Shown here: in pieces, positions 26,404-36,046 of the stretch
Layout of the letters: every line of letters starts with the position of its first letter
How positions within the stretch are numbered: the stretch's first letter is position 1
From: a virus
IMG/VR virus record: IMGVR_UViG_3300017963_000264
Span: 6,184 to 70,183 of that record
Direction: 5' to 3' (one strand)
DNA: 64,000 bases
Notes under the pieces: model-generated
Seen by the model: the letters and a program-made list of their open reading frames with translations, nothing else
Databases searched by the model: none
What the model was told of the DNA's origin: nothing
Made by a program: the position numbers and the translations under genes

Positions 26404-28893
26404 CTAACTCTGAATCTGATAAATGAATCGTGATTTCGTTGATGTTGTTATAAATTGCGCTTTTTCAGACATTGTTATAAACTGTGTAAATGGTACAGTC
26501 TGATAAAGTACAGAATAAATAACAGCATCAATTAATGTGGTTGAAGTTACCTCGCCGTTTAACAAAGCATTAATGTCAATTTGCCTGCTAAGGGTGCCTC
26601 TTAAAATAGAGTCAACCATCGAAGTCTTTAATACATTTTGATAGATTGAGGCATCAAGAGTTGCTATTGCCGTTTGTCCTTGTTTGCTTAACTGACCTTC
26701 CAGGTAAGTTATAGCGCCACCAAAATTATATAAAATAGAATCTAAATTTGTGCTTGCTTGTTGTAAATAAATTAGTCCTGCATCTATATTTGTTAAACCT
26801 GTTTGAGCCTTGGTAATTAAAGCATCTGCATAAATATTTGAAACAACCTGTTTTTGTAATAAAGCATCAATTAAAGTTATATCTTCATTAGATCGGCTAA
26901 GTAAAGAATCAATATTTAAAGTAACCAATATGCCGCTTTCTTGAATAACGGAATCAATTACAGTATTCGCCGTCCCTACGCCAAGTAAATAAAGAATAGC
27001 ATCTAAGGATGTTTGAGCAGTTACATTTAATTGTTTTAATAAGGCATCTAAAGAAGTCGTTTTTGTTAAGCCTGCTTGCTGCAATAAAGAGTCGATAGAA
27101 GCTGTAGAATCTAATCCTGTTTGTTGTAATAAAGCATCAACTGAAGCCGTTACCGTTTCTTGCCCTAATGTATATAAAATGGCATCAAGTGAGCTATCAG
27201 CAGTTAACCCCGTTGCATTTAAAATAGAATCAATGCTCGCTGTTTTTAGATTTTGTGCTTGTAAAAATGAATCAAGGCTTGTTGTCTTTGTTAACCCTAT
27301 TGATAAAATTAATGCGTCTAAAACAGTAGTAACCGCTCCTGACCCTAATTCATATAAAATAGCATCAATATTAAGATTGCTACTTTTAAGTTCTTTTAAA
27401 AGTGCATCAATAACAGTTTGGCTTACCCCAACTTTATTTAATAAAGAATCTAAGGAAGTTGTTTTTATTAGATTTGCTTCTTGTAATAAAGAATCAATTG
27501 ATAACGATGTTTCTGTCCCTATTTGTTTTAACAAGCCATCAATAACAGTTTGGCTTACTCCGGCTTTATTTAATAAAGAATCAAGGTTAGTTAATTGCGT
27601 TATTTGTTTAAGTAATAAAGAATCAACTGATAACGATGTTTCTATCCCTATTTGCTTTAATAACCCATCAATAGATAAATCTTCTGTATAAGATGCCCAT
27701 AATTCTGCATCCATATTTGTTTGTATCGTTTTTAGTGCAGTAAAAATACTATCAATTGATAAATTAACCGATGCTGTTTTTTGCAATAAAGAATCAATTG
27801 AAAAATTATTCGAAAGTGTTGCTTGTATTAAGGAATCAAGGCTTAAGGTAGATGTGCCACCGACAGCCCCTGCAACAATCTCAAACGCCCCAGCATCATA
27901 GTTAGTATTTTGAGGTCTTGAAGTTCCGACGATGTCAGTTGACGCTGTTAACCCTGCGCCTGTGCCAGTAGAGGTGTAATCCTGGGCATTGTTTTTAGAG
28001 TTTCCCAGGTCTTGCAATCTCAGATCATAAGGGCTTGAGGAAATGTCTTCAAATACAACATAGTTTCCTGTACCTGAATCACTATCGACTGCAGTTCTTG
28101 ACGCAGCACAATTAACAGCGCTGCCGTCACGAGATGCGATAGAGTTGTCTGAGTCTATACTTTCGTGGATGTCCCAGTTTTGGGTGCCGGAGACACCTCT
28201 TCGGTTATAATCATCAGAATCTTGAGTATCATTTTCAAGAAACACACATAAAAGACAATTTATATTATATGTAGTACCTGCATCTCCAAGAATACTTATT
28301 CCTCCACCATCATCCTCACCACTATACCTCCCGCAATTCCAAGCAGTACAACTATTTAGGTTCCAAGTCTGGATATGTGTTCCGCTGTAAACCTGCGGAT
28401 GAAAACCAGCCCTGCCAAAACCATAGGATATACAATTTGTTAGATTAATGGTGCAATCAATTATTCCAGCATACCAACCATCTTGATCTGATGTATTCGT
28501 GTCCGTCCAAGTGATACAATCTGTTCCGGTAAGCGTTCCGTCATCGTCTGCCATACGGACACATTCATCACTATTGCCCGTGCCAGATTGTAAAATTTGC
28601 AAACCATCTAACGTAACACCATCGGCATTTACTTGTATGCAATGATCACCAGACGAGTCCCGCCTCAGTCTGTGAGGGCCGCCAGACCCATCTTGATAAT
28701 ATCCAGAGTGCCTTGCATCTCCAACGGCTGTAATAGTTAGATTAGCATCTGAAATGTCAAAGGTTGTGGTGTCGTCATTATCCCAGGTATCGATTATTTC
28801 AATCGTATCATTGGCACTTGCCGCAGCATTTGCGGCACTTAACGTGGCATAATAACTACCGCCACCACCTTCTTTTACCTGGAGTGTTGCCAT
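26404..28893 (-). CDS. Fibre/adhesin: N-terminal beta-helix plus long 14-15 aa repeat stalk
   Basis: YATLSAA..A beta-helix cap, DIVGTSRPQ..YDAGAFE, then many (S/V)(I/L)D(S/A)LL repeats. Confidence 0.65.
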   Translation of the reverse strand: MATLQVKEGGGGSYYATLSAANAAASANDTIEIIDTWDNDDTTTFDISDANLTITAVGDARHSGYYQDGSGGPHRLRRDSSGDHCIQVNADGVTLDGLQILQSGTGNSDECVRMADDDGTLTGTDCITWTDTNTSDQDGWYAGIIDCTINLTNCISYGFGRAGFHPQVYSGTHIQTWNLNSCTAWNCGRYSGEDDGGGISILGDAGTTYNINCLLCVFLENDTQDSDDYNRRGVSGTQNWDIHESIDSDNSIASRDGSAVNCAASRTAVDSDSGTGNYVVFEDISSSPYDLRLQDLGNSKNNAQDYTSTGTGAGLTASTDIVGTSRPQNTNYDAGAFEIVAGAVGGTSTLSLDSLIQATLSNNFSIDSLLQKTASVNLSIDSIFTALKTIQTNMDAELWASYTEDLSIDGLLKQIGIETSLSVDSLLLKQITQLTNLDSLLNKAGVSQTVIDGLLKQIGTETSLSIDSLLQEANLIKTTSLDSLLNKVGVSQTVIDALLKELKSSNLNIDAILYELGSGAVTTVLDALILSIGLTKTTSLDSFLQAQNLKTASIDSILNATGLTADSSLDAILYTLGQETVTASVDALLQQTGLDSTASIDSLLQQAGLTKTTSLDALLKQLNVTAQTSLDAILYLLGVGTANTVIDSVIQESGILVTLNIDSLLSRSNEDITLIDALLQKQVVSNIYADALITKAQTGLTNIDAGLIYLQQASTNLDSILYNFGGAITYLEGQLSKQGQTAIATLDASIYQNVLKTSMVDSILRGTLSRQIDINALLNGEVTSTTLIDAVIYSVLYQTVPFTQFITMSEKAQFITTSTKSRFIYQIQS

Positions 28894-29585
28894 TATTCAG
28901 ATAGTTTATCTATTATGTGGTTTAATGCCTGAGTATGCGTGCCGGACCACTCGCCGCCGGAAGCAACTACGCTATCAACAGAAGCCGGATTAAAATAATA
29001 TCTTCGGACATCTGCTACGTCTGCAAACTTATCATGAAAATCATGGCGGAGTTCCTGCCTGAATAGATCCCACTGACTCTCATACATCAATATCCATTCT
29101 GGATCAGTGTCATCATATTCAGAATTGCCTTGTATAGGCTTTGGGATGTCAAGAGTAATTCCAGTAGGGCTCCAATCGTGAATGGAGCACTTATACCAAA
29201 GACTGGAAAAATCCGTAAATTGTGGTGAGAGGTAATCAATCATTTCTTGTTTCATTTGAGACTTGTTTTTCTCACTGACAGAAATCACCTCAGGGTCTAC
29301 TTCTATCGTATAGCGCCAGCCTTTTGCATTTTGCGCATCCAAAGTATGTACAAATTTTATTTGCCAATTAGACAAATAAACGTTCACTTGATTTTTGCTC
29401 TTGTCTGTTATTTCTGCCCACACCCAATCAGGCGGTACACACCAATCGCTTTTTAATGTTCCCTTGGCATATACTTCAACTATGTCGCCTTTTTTAAATT
29501 TATTCGGGTAGTCCCTTGCCGCTACTTGTAAATATACCGGAGGATCTGCCGGGTATAAATTTGCTGCCATTTTATTTCTCCTCAA
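28893..29585 (-). CDS. Hypothetical protein (tail-fibre associated)
   Basis: Coupled to the fibre gene. Confidence 0.5.
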   Translation of the reverse strand: MRRNKMAANLYPADPPVYLQVAARDYPNKFKKGDIVEVYAKGTLKSDWCVPPDWVWAEITDKSKNQVNVYLSNWQIKFVHTLDAQNAKGWRYTIEVDPEVISVSEKNKSQMKQEMIDYLSPQFTDFSSLWYKCSIHDWSPTGITLDIPKPIQGNSEYDDTDPEWILMYESQWDLFRQELRHDFHDKFADVADVRRYYFNPASVDSVVASGGEWSGTHTQALNHIIDKLSE

Positions 29586-29597
29586 TAATTATGGTTA

Positions 29598-29951
29598 TTA
29601 TTCTATCGTTAGCCGAATATTTCTCGGTGGACTCACGGCTGACGGCAAGGTTATAAAAGTAGGGTTTTCGGCACGCTCACACCCTCTATCATTACATGCG
29701 TCTACCGTCAACTCCCATTCACCGGAATCAAAGGCGTTGAGATCATATTTAATTGACCCGTCAGTTTCAGCTGATATACTTGACTCATGTTCGGTCCACT
29801 CCGTTGTAGGCGGATCTGTTACAGGTCGTTTGTATATTGTGTAAGTATCAACATTGTTTTCAACAGGTGGATCGCACACTAAAAAAGGTGATGCAAACGC
29901 CACTCCTGCCATCAAAAAAATCATCAATACTGCTAAAAATACTTTTTTCAT
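29598..29951 (-). CDS. Secreted FN3-like small protein
   Basis: Signal peptide MKKVFLAVLMIFLMAGVAFA; CDPP..VDTYTIY...VDACN...PPRNIRL. Confidence 0.6.
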   Translation of the reverse strand: MKKVFLAVLMIFLMAGVAFASPFLVCDPPVENNVDTYTIYKRPVTDPPTTEWTEHESSISAETDGSIKYDLNAFDSGEWELTVDACNDRGCERAENPTFITLPSAVSPPRNIRLTIE

Positions 29952-30241
29952 TTTATTACCTCTCCTATCTGGGCTAAAAGATCTTCTATCAACACAACAG
30001 AAGCTCTTAGTTTATAATAAATATCGTTTTGATCTTTAGCCATTTCTTGCGCTTCTTCAATACACTCTTTGACTTCTTGTAAACTACTTTGCGCCATATA
30101 AAGACGATATTGTATTTTTATATTTAGCGTTTGTTCTTCTAATATCGCCGGCGTTAATTGCATTAGTTTATTTTTCCGCCTGACGGTACACCGCCTTGAA
30201 TTTGATAGATTATTTCTTCCGGCGATGCTCCGATTATCCAC
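29948..30241 (-). CDS. Small helical hypothetical protein (real start probably about 30163)
   Basis: Fills the gap; N-terminal extension overlaps the upstream gene. Confidence 0.4.
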   Translation of the reverse strand: MDNRSIAGRNNLSNSRRCTVRRKNKLMQLTPAILEEQTLNIKIQYRLYMAQSSLQEVKECIEEAQEMAKDQNDIYYKLRASVVLIEDLLAQIGEVIK

Positions 30242-31806
30242 GGGCCTATATCAAAAGGATCGCTGCCCTCTGATGTCTCAAACGCACTCGAGCCGTCTGT
30301 AACATCTTCAAAATCTGAACCTGTAATCAAAAAAGTTTTTTGGGCAGCGGTATATGACCCAATGTTATACCCCGCTTGATATAATGGGGAATCCATATTT
30401 GGAAGTAAATGAGTATCAAAATCTATGTTATTATAGTATCCAGATCCGCTTTGACCATCCCAATCTATAGAAGGTTCTCCAGTCAACTCTGGATCTGTTT
30501 CAATTGCGTTAGTCTCAAAATCACTATCATACGATGGCGACCCACCCGTTGTCCAAAAGGCATTGTTTGAAATCTCCCACCCAACTTCCGGAGCAATCCC
30601 ACCTGGGTCGGTATGATTTGACCCTGTTCTGTCGTACAAGATCGACACATTATTATAAAAATACACAACAGGAAAATCAGTACTTTCGTTATTGATCAGA
30701 ATATTTGCTTCTCTATTATCTATAAAGAGATTATTATGCACCTTGATCGAATTATACGGATTATTACATTCAACAGAACAATACATTCTAAGTCCGTACT
30801 GTCTATTTATACAAATGTTACCGTATACTTCTATGTCGGCTGCGCTGTTATCCCCACCCGTTGCCTCATCATAAATACGGATACATGTTGCCCATCCGTA
30901 AGTAAGTGAACTGCTTGCAATTACAAAATTGTGCCTGACAATAGCGTCTAAATAATCATAATCATGCGCTGAGGTATTTATAGCGGTTGAGAAAGTATCA
31001 CCCACGACATTGTATTCGATTACTGAACTTGGCGCGTTTATTCCTTCGCCTCCACTGTCATATACCAAGTTATATTTAACAGTATTATTTTTACACGAAC
31101 TGCTCGAACCGCTACCGGAGGCCGTAAGATCTATCATTGCCCCCCATCCGGTCCTTTTTGTGTTCTCATATAGAAGCTGTCCTGAGTGAAAGGTGTTATA
31201 TTGAACAGTGCTGTTCTCAATACCGTTTGCACCTCTGGGAACTATCCCCGAAGAACCAAAATCATGAATTAACGAGTTGCTAAGTGTAAACGAATCAGCA
31301 TCATCCCTTAGATATATCGCATGTCCATAAACATCTTTGATTTCCACATTTGATATGCTGCAATTTTCTCGCTGAAACTCAAAAAAACGAGTATAAAAAC
31401 ATGGTGCGCTGGTGCAATTGCTTTCCCCCACTGTGCTAAAATCTGTAACTTCGCCATCAAATATAGGATCATTACCTGTGCCATAAGCGTCTATATTCAC
31501 TATTGGGTCATTGGTGTCTACTAATAATATGCGCAGCGTGGTTCCGTTTAGTGCTTTTGTGTCGTCAGACCAAGTGTCTCCACGGTCGAAGTACAAGTTG
31601 ACGGTATCGCCAGAGTTTTTATTGTTTATTTCGGTTCGCGCCTTAGATAAGCTTTTCCAAGGCGTGCTTATAGACCCGTCTCCAGTAGTATCATTACCAG
31701 CAGCATTTCCAGCAGCATCATCTGAAAAGTAATAATTATAGGTTGCCGCCCAACCGCTGCTGGCGAAAGCTAAAAATATCAGAATATATGTTAGTTTTTT
31801 AATCAT
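30163..31806 (-). CDS. Secreted right-handed beta-helix (polysaccharide-lyase-like) protein
   Basis: Signal peptide; GND..GDGSISTPWKSL, FDRGDTW, DAYGTG.DP, Asn ladders, DIGPW. Confidence 0.7.
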   Translation of the reverse strand: MIKKLTYILIFLAFASSGWAATYNYYFSDDAAGNAAGNDTTGDGSISTPWKSLSKARTEINNKNSGDTVNLYFDRGDTWSDDTKALNGTTLRILLVDTNDPIVNIDAYGTGNDPIFDGEVTDFSTVGESNCTSAPCFYTRFFEFQRENCSISNVEIKDVYGHAIYLRDDADSFTLSNSLIHDFGSSGIVPRGANGIENSTVQYNTFHSGQLLYENTKRTGWGAMIDLTASGSGSSSSCKNNTVKYNLVYDSGGEGINAPSSVIEYNVVGDTFSTAINTSAHDYDYLDAIVRHNFVIASSSLTYGWATCIRIYDEATGGDNSAADIEVYGNICINRQYGLRMYCSVECNNPYNSIKVHNNLFIDNREANILINNESTDFPVVYFYNNVSILYDRTGSNHTDPGGIAPEVGWEISNNAFWTTGGSPSYDSDFETNAIETDPELTGEPSIDWDGQSGSGYYNNIDFDTHLLPNMDSPLYQAGYNIGSYTAAQKTFLITGSDFEDVTDGSSAFETSEGSDPFDIGPWIIGASPEEIIYQIQGGVPSGGKIN

Positions 31807-32281
31807 CTTTGCTAATCCGATTGATTATTGCTGTTTTAAACTGAGATAAAGTTCTATCCGGCAAACCATGTATTGTTCGTAGTATATTGAACTCATTAAC
31901 TACGATAGCCGCAAATGCTACCATTACCCTTCTAAATACAGGGTCATTCTGAAAATATAATTTGGCCTTATTAGCCACCTCCTTGTTTTGATCATCTTCT
32001 CGCAAAGCCTGAAATGTATCAATTTCTTCTTGGGTCGCATTTCGAATAGTAGCACCGTCAACTATTTTTGCATACCCTAACACCCTTCTATTTCCTGATA
32101 AATCACATATTTCTGTGCCATTAGGAGTGGATGGATTAGATAATATATCATGGTAGCCATTATCAATAAAACTACTATAATCTTTCGCGTCTGTAAAATC
32201 TACAGATAAAACCTCACCGCTTGATATCCTATAAAGTACTTGCATATTTTCTCCTTTATGGCGAGCTGCCACATAAAACAT
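31799..32281 (-). CDS. Hypothetical protein (tail-fibre assembly-like)
   Basis: IRNATQEEID pattern; tail context. Confidence 0.45.
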   Translation of the reverse strand: MFYVAARHKGENMQVLYRISSGEVLSVDFTDAKDYSSFIDNGYHDILSNPSTPNGTEICDLSGNRRVLGYAKIVDGATIRNATQEEIDTFQALREDDQNKEVANKAKLYFQNDPVFRRVMVAFAAIVVNEFNILRTIHGLPDRTLSQFKTAIINRISKDD

Positions 32282-33443
32282 CAGTTCCGCTTAATGGGTA
32301 AATATACCAGACATCTGCTGTCCGCCCAAATACTTGCACGGCGCCCTTATAATCAATATAAAGATCCTCGCCAGGATCACAGTCTTCAGTTTGTGATCCA
32401 AAAACCTGAAAATAATTAGTACCAGAGTCGCCTGGATCTAATACTAAATCATGATCTGAATCATTATTTATAAATATAAAATTTTTCATCGATCCATCTG
32501 AAGGCGAAGTATCACATATTCCGCTATCGGGAAGAGTCCAGTTTTTTGTCGCGGCCACATTACCAGAAACAAAAACATAACTACATACATTTGGATAGTT
32601 TGTTTGAAGATCGTAAGGGTCGTCTGAATTCGCTTCTACTGGTGTCCCTCCATCAAAATAAGTTGCTTCAATGCCTGCTGATGAATCAATAACTTTAGAA
32701 GTCTGTAGTTCTTCATCCGTTCCATTTGCGATTAAATAGTCTACTAAAGAATTTCCTTGAAGCGTTTTCCACCTTGAAGTAGTATCGCCAGTAGCGGTAT
32801 TAACATCTGCATCCACTGCGCCTATAGACCACACACCTTCATCATCAATATCATGCCAGCCTGTATAAGTTGGTGAATCAGAAGGATTTAGACTTCCATT
32901 ATTTCCAAATTTAAACATATCAGGATCACTTGTTGGCCCTAAATTATAATCTGCCCCATTTGCTTCGACTTGCCAATACTGCTCATCTGTGTCCTCGCCA
33001 GCCGAATTATACCATCTTTGAAGTGCCCCAGAAACATCATTGTCACCGTACAAATATAAATAACCTTTGGTAGTATCGTTTACTCCAAACTCAGGGTCAG
33101 GGTCATTTTGTTCAAGAAATCGATCAACACCATCCAAGGCACTATACAATGATGCTTCATCATTAACAACTATTTCGCTTGTAAGATAAGTTTGCTGACT
33201 CCCCGTCCAATAATTTGCTCCATTTGCAACATAAGTTTTAAGATCCGACCAGGGCAATCTTTTTAATGTGCCATCGGCAGGGGGAGTAGCAGAAACATCC
33301 CGTATCAATAAATCATCACCTGAAGCAGGTTCCCCTGACAATGCGCTATAATCTTGCCATTCTGTTGCCCATACAATCGTTGCCAATACAGCAAGACCTA
33401 TAATAGACATAAGTAATGGATTGTGAGTAATAAATTTTTTCAT
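32256..33443 (-). CDS. Acidic virion/adhesin-like protein with N-terminal signal/TM
   Basis: Hydrophobic N-terminus; PASGDDLLIRDVS, WTLP...FIFIN fibre-like motifs. Confidence 0.55.
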   Translation of the reverse strand: MKKFITHNPLLMSIIGLAVLATIVWATEWQDYSALSGEPASGDDLLIRDVSATPPADGTLKRLPWSDLKTYVANGANYWTGSQQTYLTSEIVVNDEASLYSALDGVDRFLEQNDPDPEFGVNDTTKGYLYLYGDNDVSGALQRWYNSAGEDTDEQYWQVEANGADYNLGPTSDPDMFKFGNNGSLNPSDSPTYTGWHDIDDEGVWSIGAVDADVNTATGDTTSRWKTLQGNSLVDYLIANGTDEELQTSKVIDSSAGIEATYFDGGTPVEANSDDPYDLQTNYPNVCSYVFVSGNVAATKNWTLPDSGICDTSPSDGSMKNFIFINNDSDHDLVLDPGDSGTNYFQVFGSQTEDCDPGEDLYIDYKGAVQVFGRTADVWYIYPLSGTDVLCGSSP

Positions 33444-33454
33444 TTTAAAAACCT

Positions 33455-36046
33455 TTAAACAGATGAATAAACAATTTCATTTTGACTTGTAATCGATGAA
33501 TATATTTCAGATCCAGAACCAGTACCAAAGTATATATTTGCCCCATCATAAAGAGTCGTTATTGTATAATACGCTGCTGGTTGATCTTGTCCTGCACCTG
33601 TTCCCCCTAAGACATTGTCCCTAACATAAGCAGATGTTGCCCTATATATGTATAACGCTGAATTAAATGCAGCTGTTCCAGTATCAACAATAGAATTTTC
33701 TGTAACCACATTATTGTCTACAACTAAATGAGTAATTAATTGAGAAGCGTCTCCCGTTGCCCGAATCCCTGTGGTCTGAAATTCTTTTATAATATTGTTT
33801 GTTATTTTCCAAATCCCAGGAGTCCCGGTCACAACCGTACCAAAATCAAGTCTTAATCCCTCTGAACCACCATTTGTTAACACATTATTATCAATATTTA
33901 TTGCCAACACCCCTTCAAGTTTTATCCCATACCCATATATATAATTATTACTAATAGACACATTATTAAAAGCTGCGCCAGATACAACATCAATATCAAC
34001 AGCATACTTATGCCCAGTAGAAGAATAGTTCCCTTTTATTTTATTGTTTTCAATAAATATTTTCATATTGTCTTGTGTGCATCCACGATTAATTATCCTA
34101 ATAAGAGACGTAGAACCGTCAGCAGTACCATTATAAATAACATTATTACCAACAACTTCAAACGTACCTCCAGCAGCCGTATTAGATGTCAAATGATTTT
34201 CATTTCCACCTATATTAATCATTGCTCCTCTTGAGGTTGCAGGATCTCCATCAATTATAAACCTGTTGTTTTTAATAACATAGTCTAATCCTGTCGGCTC
34301 TCCTATTACCATAGCATAGCTTTTATCTGACATATAAATATCACAATTAGAAACTGTTATAAAATTACCAGATGGAGCAATTCCTTGACAATAACAATTT
34401 TCAAAAATTGAGTGTTCTGTATTACCATGAAAATCAGCAGCAAGACCAGAAGACGATGTATCATTACTAAGAAAAGTAGAATTAACCACTTTAATATTTC
34501 TATTTACTACTTTCCCGTTTCCAGTCCCACCGCCTGTTGTAATAGCATGCCATGGAGAAATAGCAAAACAATTATCAACAGTTATATCTTGGCTATTAAA
34601 AATACCAATTGGATACGCAGACGTTTGACCAGATATAAGGCTATGAATTTCACTTGTCGCATTTTTTACTCTACAATTAAAACATTGTTGAATATTTAGC
34701 CCATATTGGCCTTGCTCGAATTTTATATGGCAATTTTCAACCAAGGCATTTTGCCCATATACAATGCTTATTGCCTCGTTAGAAGAGTTATCATCTCCGA
34801 TAACTTTAATATTTTTTATATGACTGCTTGTAGGATTATTATATTTAAAAACAAGTGTATTCGCATCAGCCGTATAAGCAGAAAACGTACCAACCGAAAG
34901 CTCTATATTATTTCCTGATACCTCTTCAACAACCCCATATTCCCCCGCTTGGTAATATGTTCTAAAGCCAGAATATGAATAATCATCAGTATCATGAATA
35001 ATAATAACATCTCCATAATTAACAGACGGGGTAGACGCAAAGGCCACTGTATTAGTTCCTTTGGTAATATTGGTATTTAAAGCCCCAATTTCAGTAAGCC
35101 CATCACCAGCGGCGTATACACAAGATGAATTAGAAAAAGTCCCTGTTGCACTACCAAAATCCAAAACAGTTGTTTTTGGGTTAACACCTATTAAATTTAC
35201 ATTCTTAGGGACAGTGACTTCGTCATTGCAAGTATAGGTCTTGCCTTGCAAAAGAACTTCTTCCGCACCAGAACCCAACGCATAATTTATTTCAACTTCA
35301 TCCGCAGTGCCATCCACATCCCACCATTCAGCATAAGCAGTCCCGCCATTTGTAAAAACAACAGACCCAGAGCCGCTAAATATTTGTTGGCAAAAATTAA
35401 ATTGAATTTGACTTGTATGATCAAAAGTTACTGTCTTTCCGCTACTTATATTTAAGATCCCACCCTTTTGATTAATAAATTTTATATTACTACCTATTGT
35501 TAAATCATTTGCAGTAATATTATAAGTTTTGTTTCCGGGCAATTCTATCGTAGCAAGGCTTGCCCCTATTTGATCCAAAATCCATGCCAAAGAACCTGTA
35601 TCAGTATCGTCGCTATGATCTGTAATAGACGCATCTGGGCTTACATAATATCTACGATATATCGACCCACCATATGAATTTATATCGCCAATATAATAAA
35701 TCGTCGCAGCAAAAGTATCTATTGTATTGACCTCTGAACAATAAACAACAAAATTGCTTGTGGTCTTTGTTACATAAACATCGCCAATTGCTCCACCTCT
35801 ACTTGTCGGTGTTATAGTAACATTGTACTCGTTAACCGCATCGACTGATTTGGGCAAAGTTATTGTGTCTCCAGAAGTTGAATTAAAAGTCCCTGTTTCA
35901 ATGTAAACTTCAGGTATGTCGGCGATGGAAGCAACATTATTTCCATATCCAGTATCAAGCTTTGTAAAATTACTATTAAGAGATGTATGCCAATCATCAT
36001 CTCCCTTATCAGGTCTTTCTAAATCAAGGTTTGATGTATTACTCAT
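33455..36046 (-). CDS. Tailspike / depolymerase (beta-helix)
   Basis: N-terminal TSNLDL.RP..GD..W...LN.NF.KLD anchor; AEWW..DG.AD, pectate-lyase-like repeats. Confidence 0.75.
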   Translation of the reverse strand: MSNTSNLDLERPDKGDDDWHTSLNSNFTKLDTGYGNNVASIADIPEVYIETGTFNSTSGDTITLPKSVDAVNEYNVTITPTSRGGAIGDVYVTKTTSNFVVYCSEVNTIDTFAATIYYIGDINSYGGSIYRRYYVSPDASITDHSDDTDTGSLAWILDQIGASLATIELPGNKTYNITANDLTIGSNIKFINQKGGILNISSGKTVTFDHTSQIQFNFCQQIFSGSGSVVFTNGGTAYAEWWDVDGTADEVEINYALGSGAEEVLLQGKTYTCNDEVTVPKNVNLIGVNPKTTVLDFGSATGTFSNSSCVYAAGDGLTEIGALNTNITKGTNTVAFASTPSVNYGDVIIIHDTDDYSYSGFRTYYQAGEYGVVEEVSGNNIELSVGTFSAYTADANTLVFKYNNPTSSHIKNIKVIGDDNSSNEAISIVYGQNALVENCHIKFEQGQYGLNIQQCFNCRVKNATSEIHSLISGQTSAYPIGIFNSQDITVDNCFAISPWHAITTGGGTGNGKVVNRNIKVVNSTFLSNDTSSSGLAADFHGNTEHSIFENCYCQGIAPSGNFITVSNCDIYMSDKSYAMVIGEPTGLDYVIKNNRFIIDGDPATSRGAMINIGGNENHLTSNTAAGGTFEVVGNNVIYNGTADGSTSLIRIINRGCTQDNMKIFIENNKIKGNYSSTGHKYAVDIDVVSGAAFNNVSISNNYIYGYGIKLEGVLAINIDNNVLTNGGSEGLRLDFGTVVTGTPGIWKITNNIIKEFQTTGIRATGDASQLITHLVVDNNVVTENSIVDTGTAAFNSALYIYRATSAYVRDNVLGGTGAGQDQPAAYYTITTLYDGANIYFGTGSGSEIYSSITSQNEIVYSSV

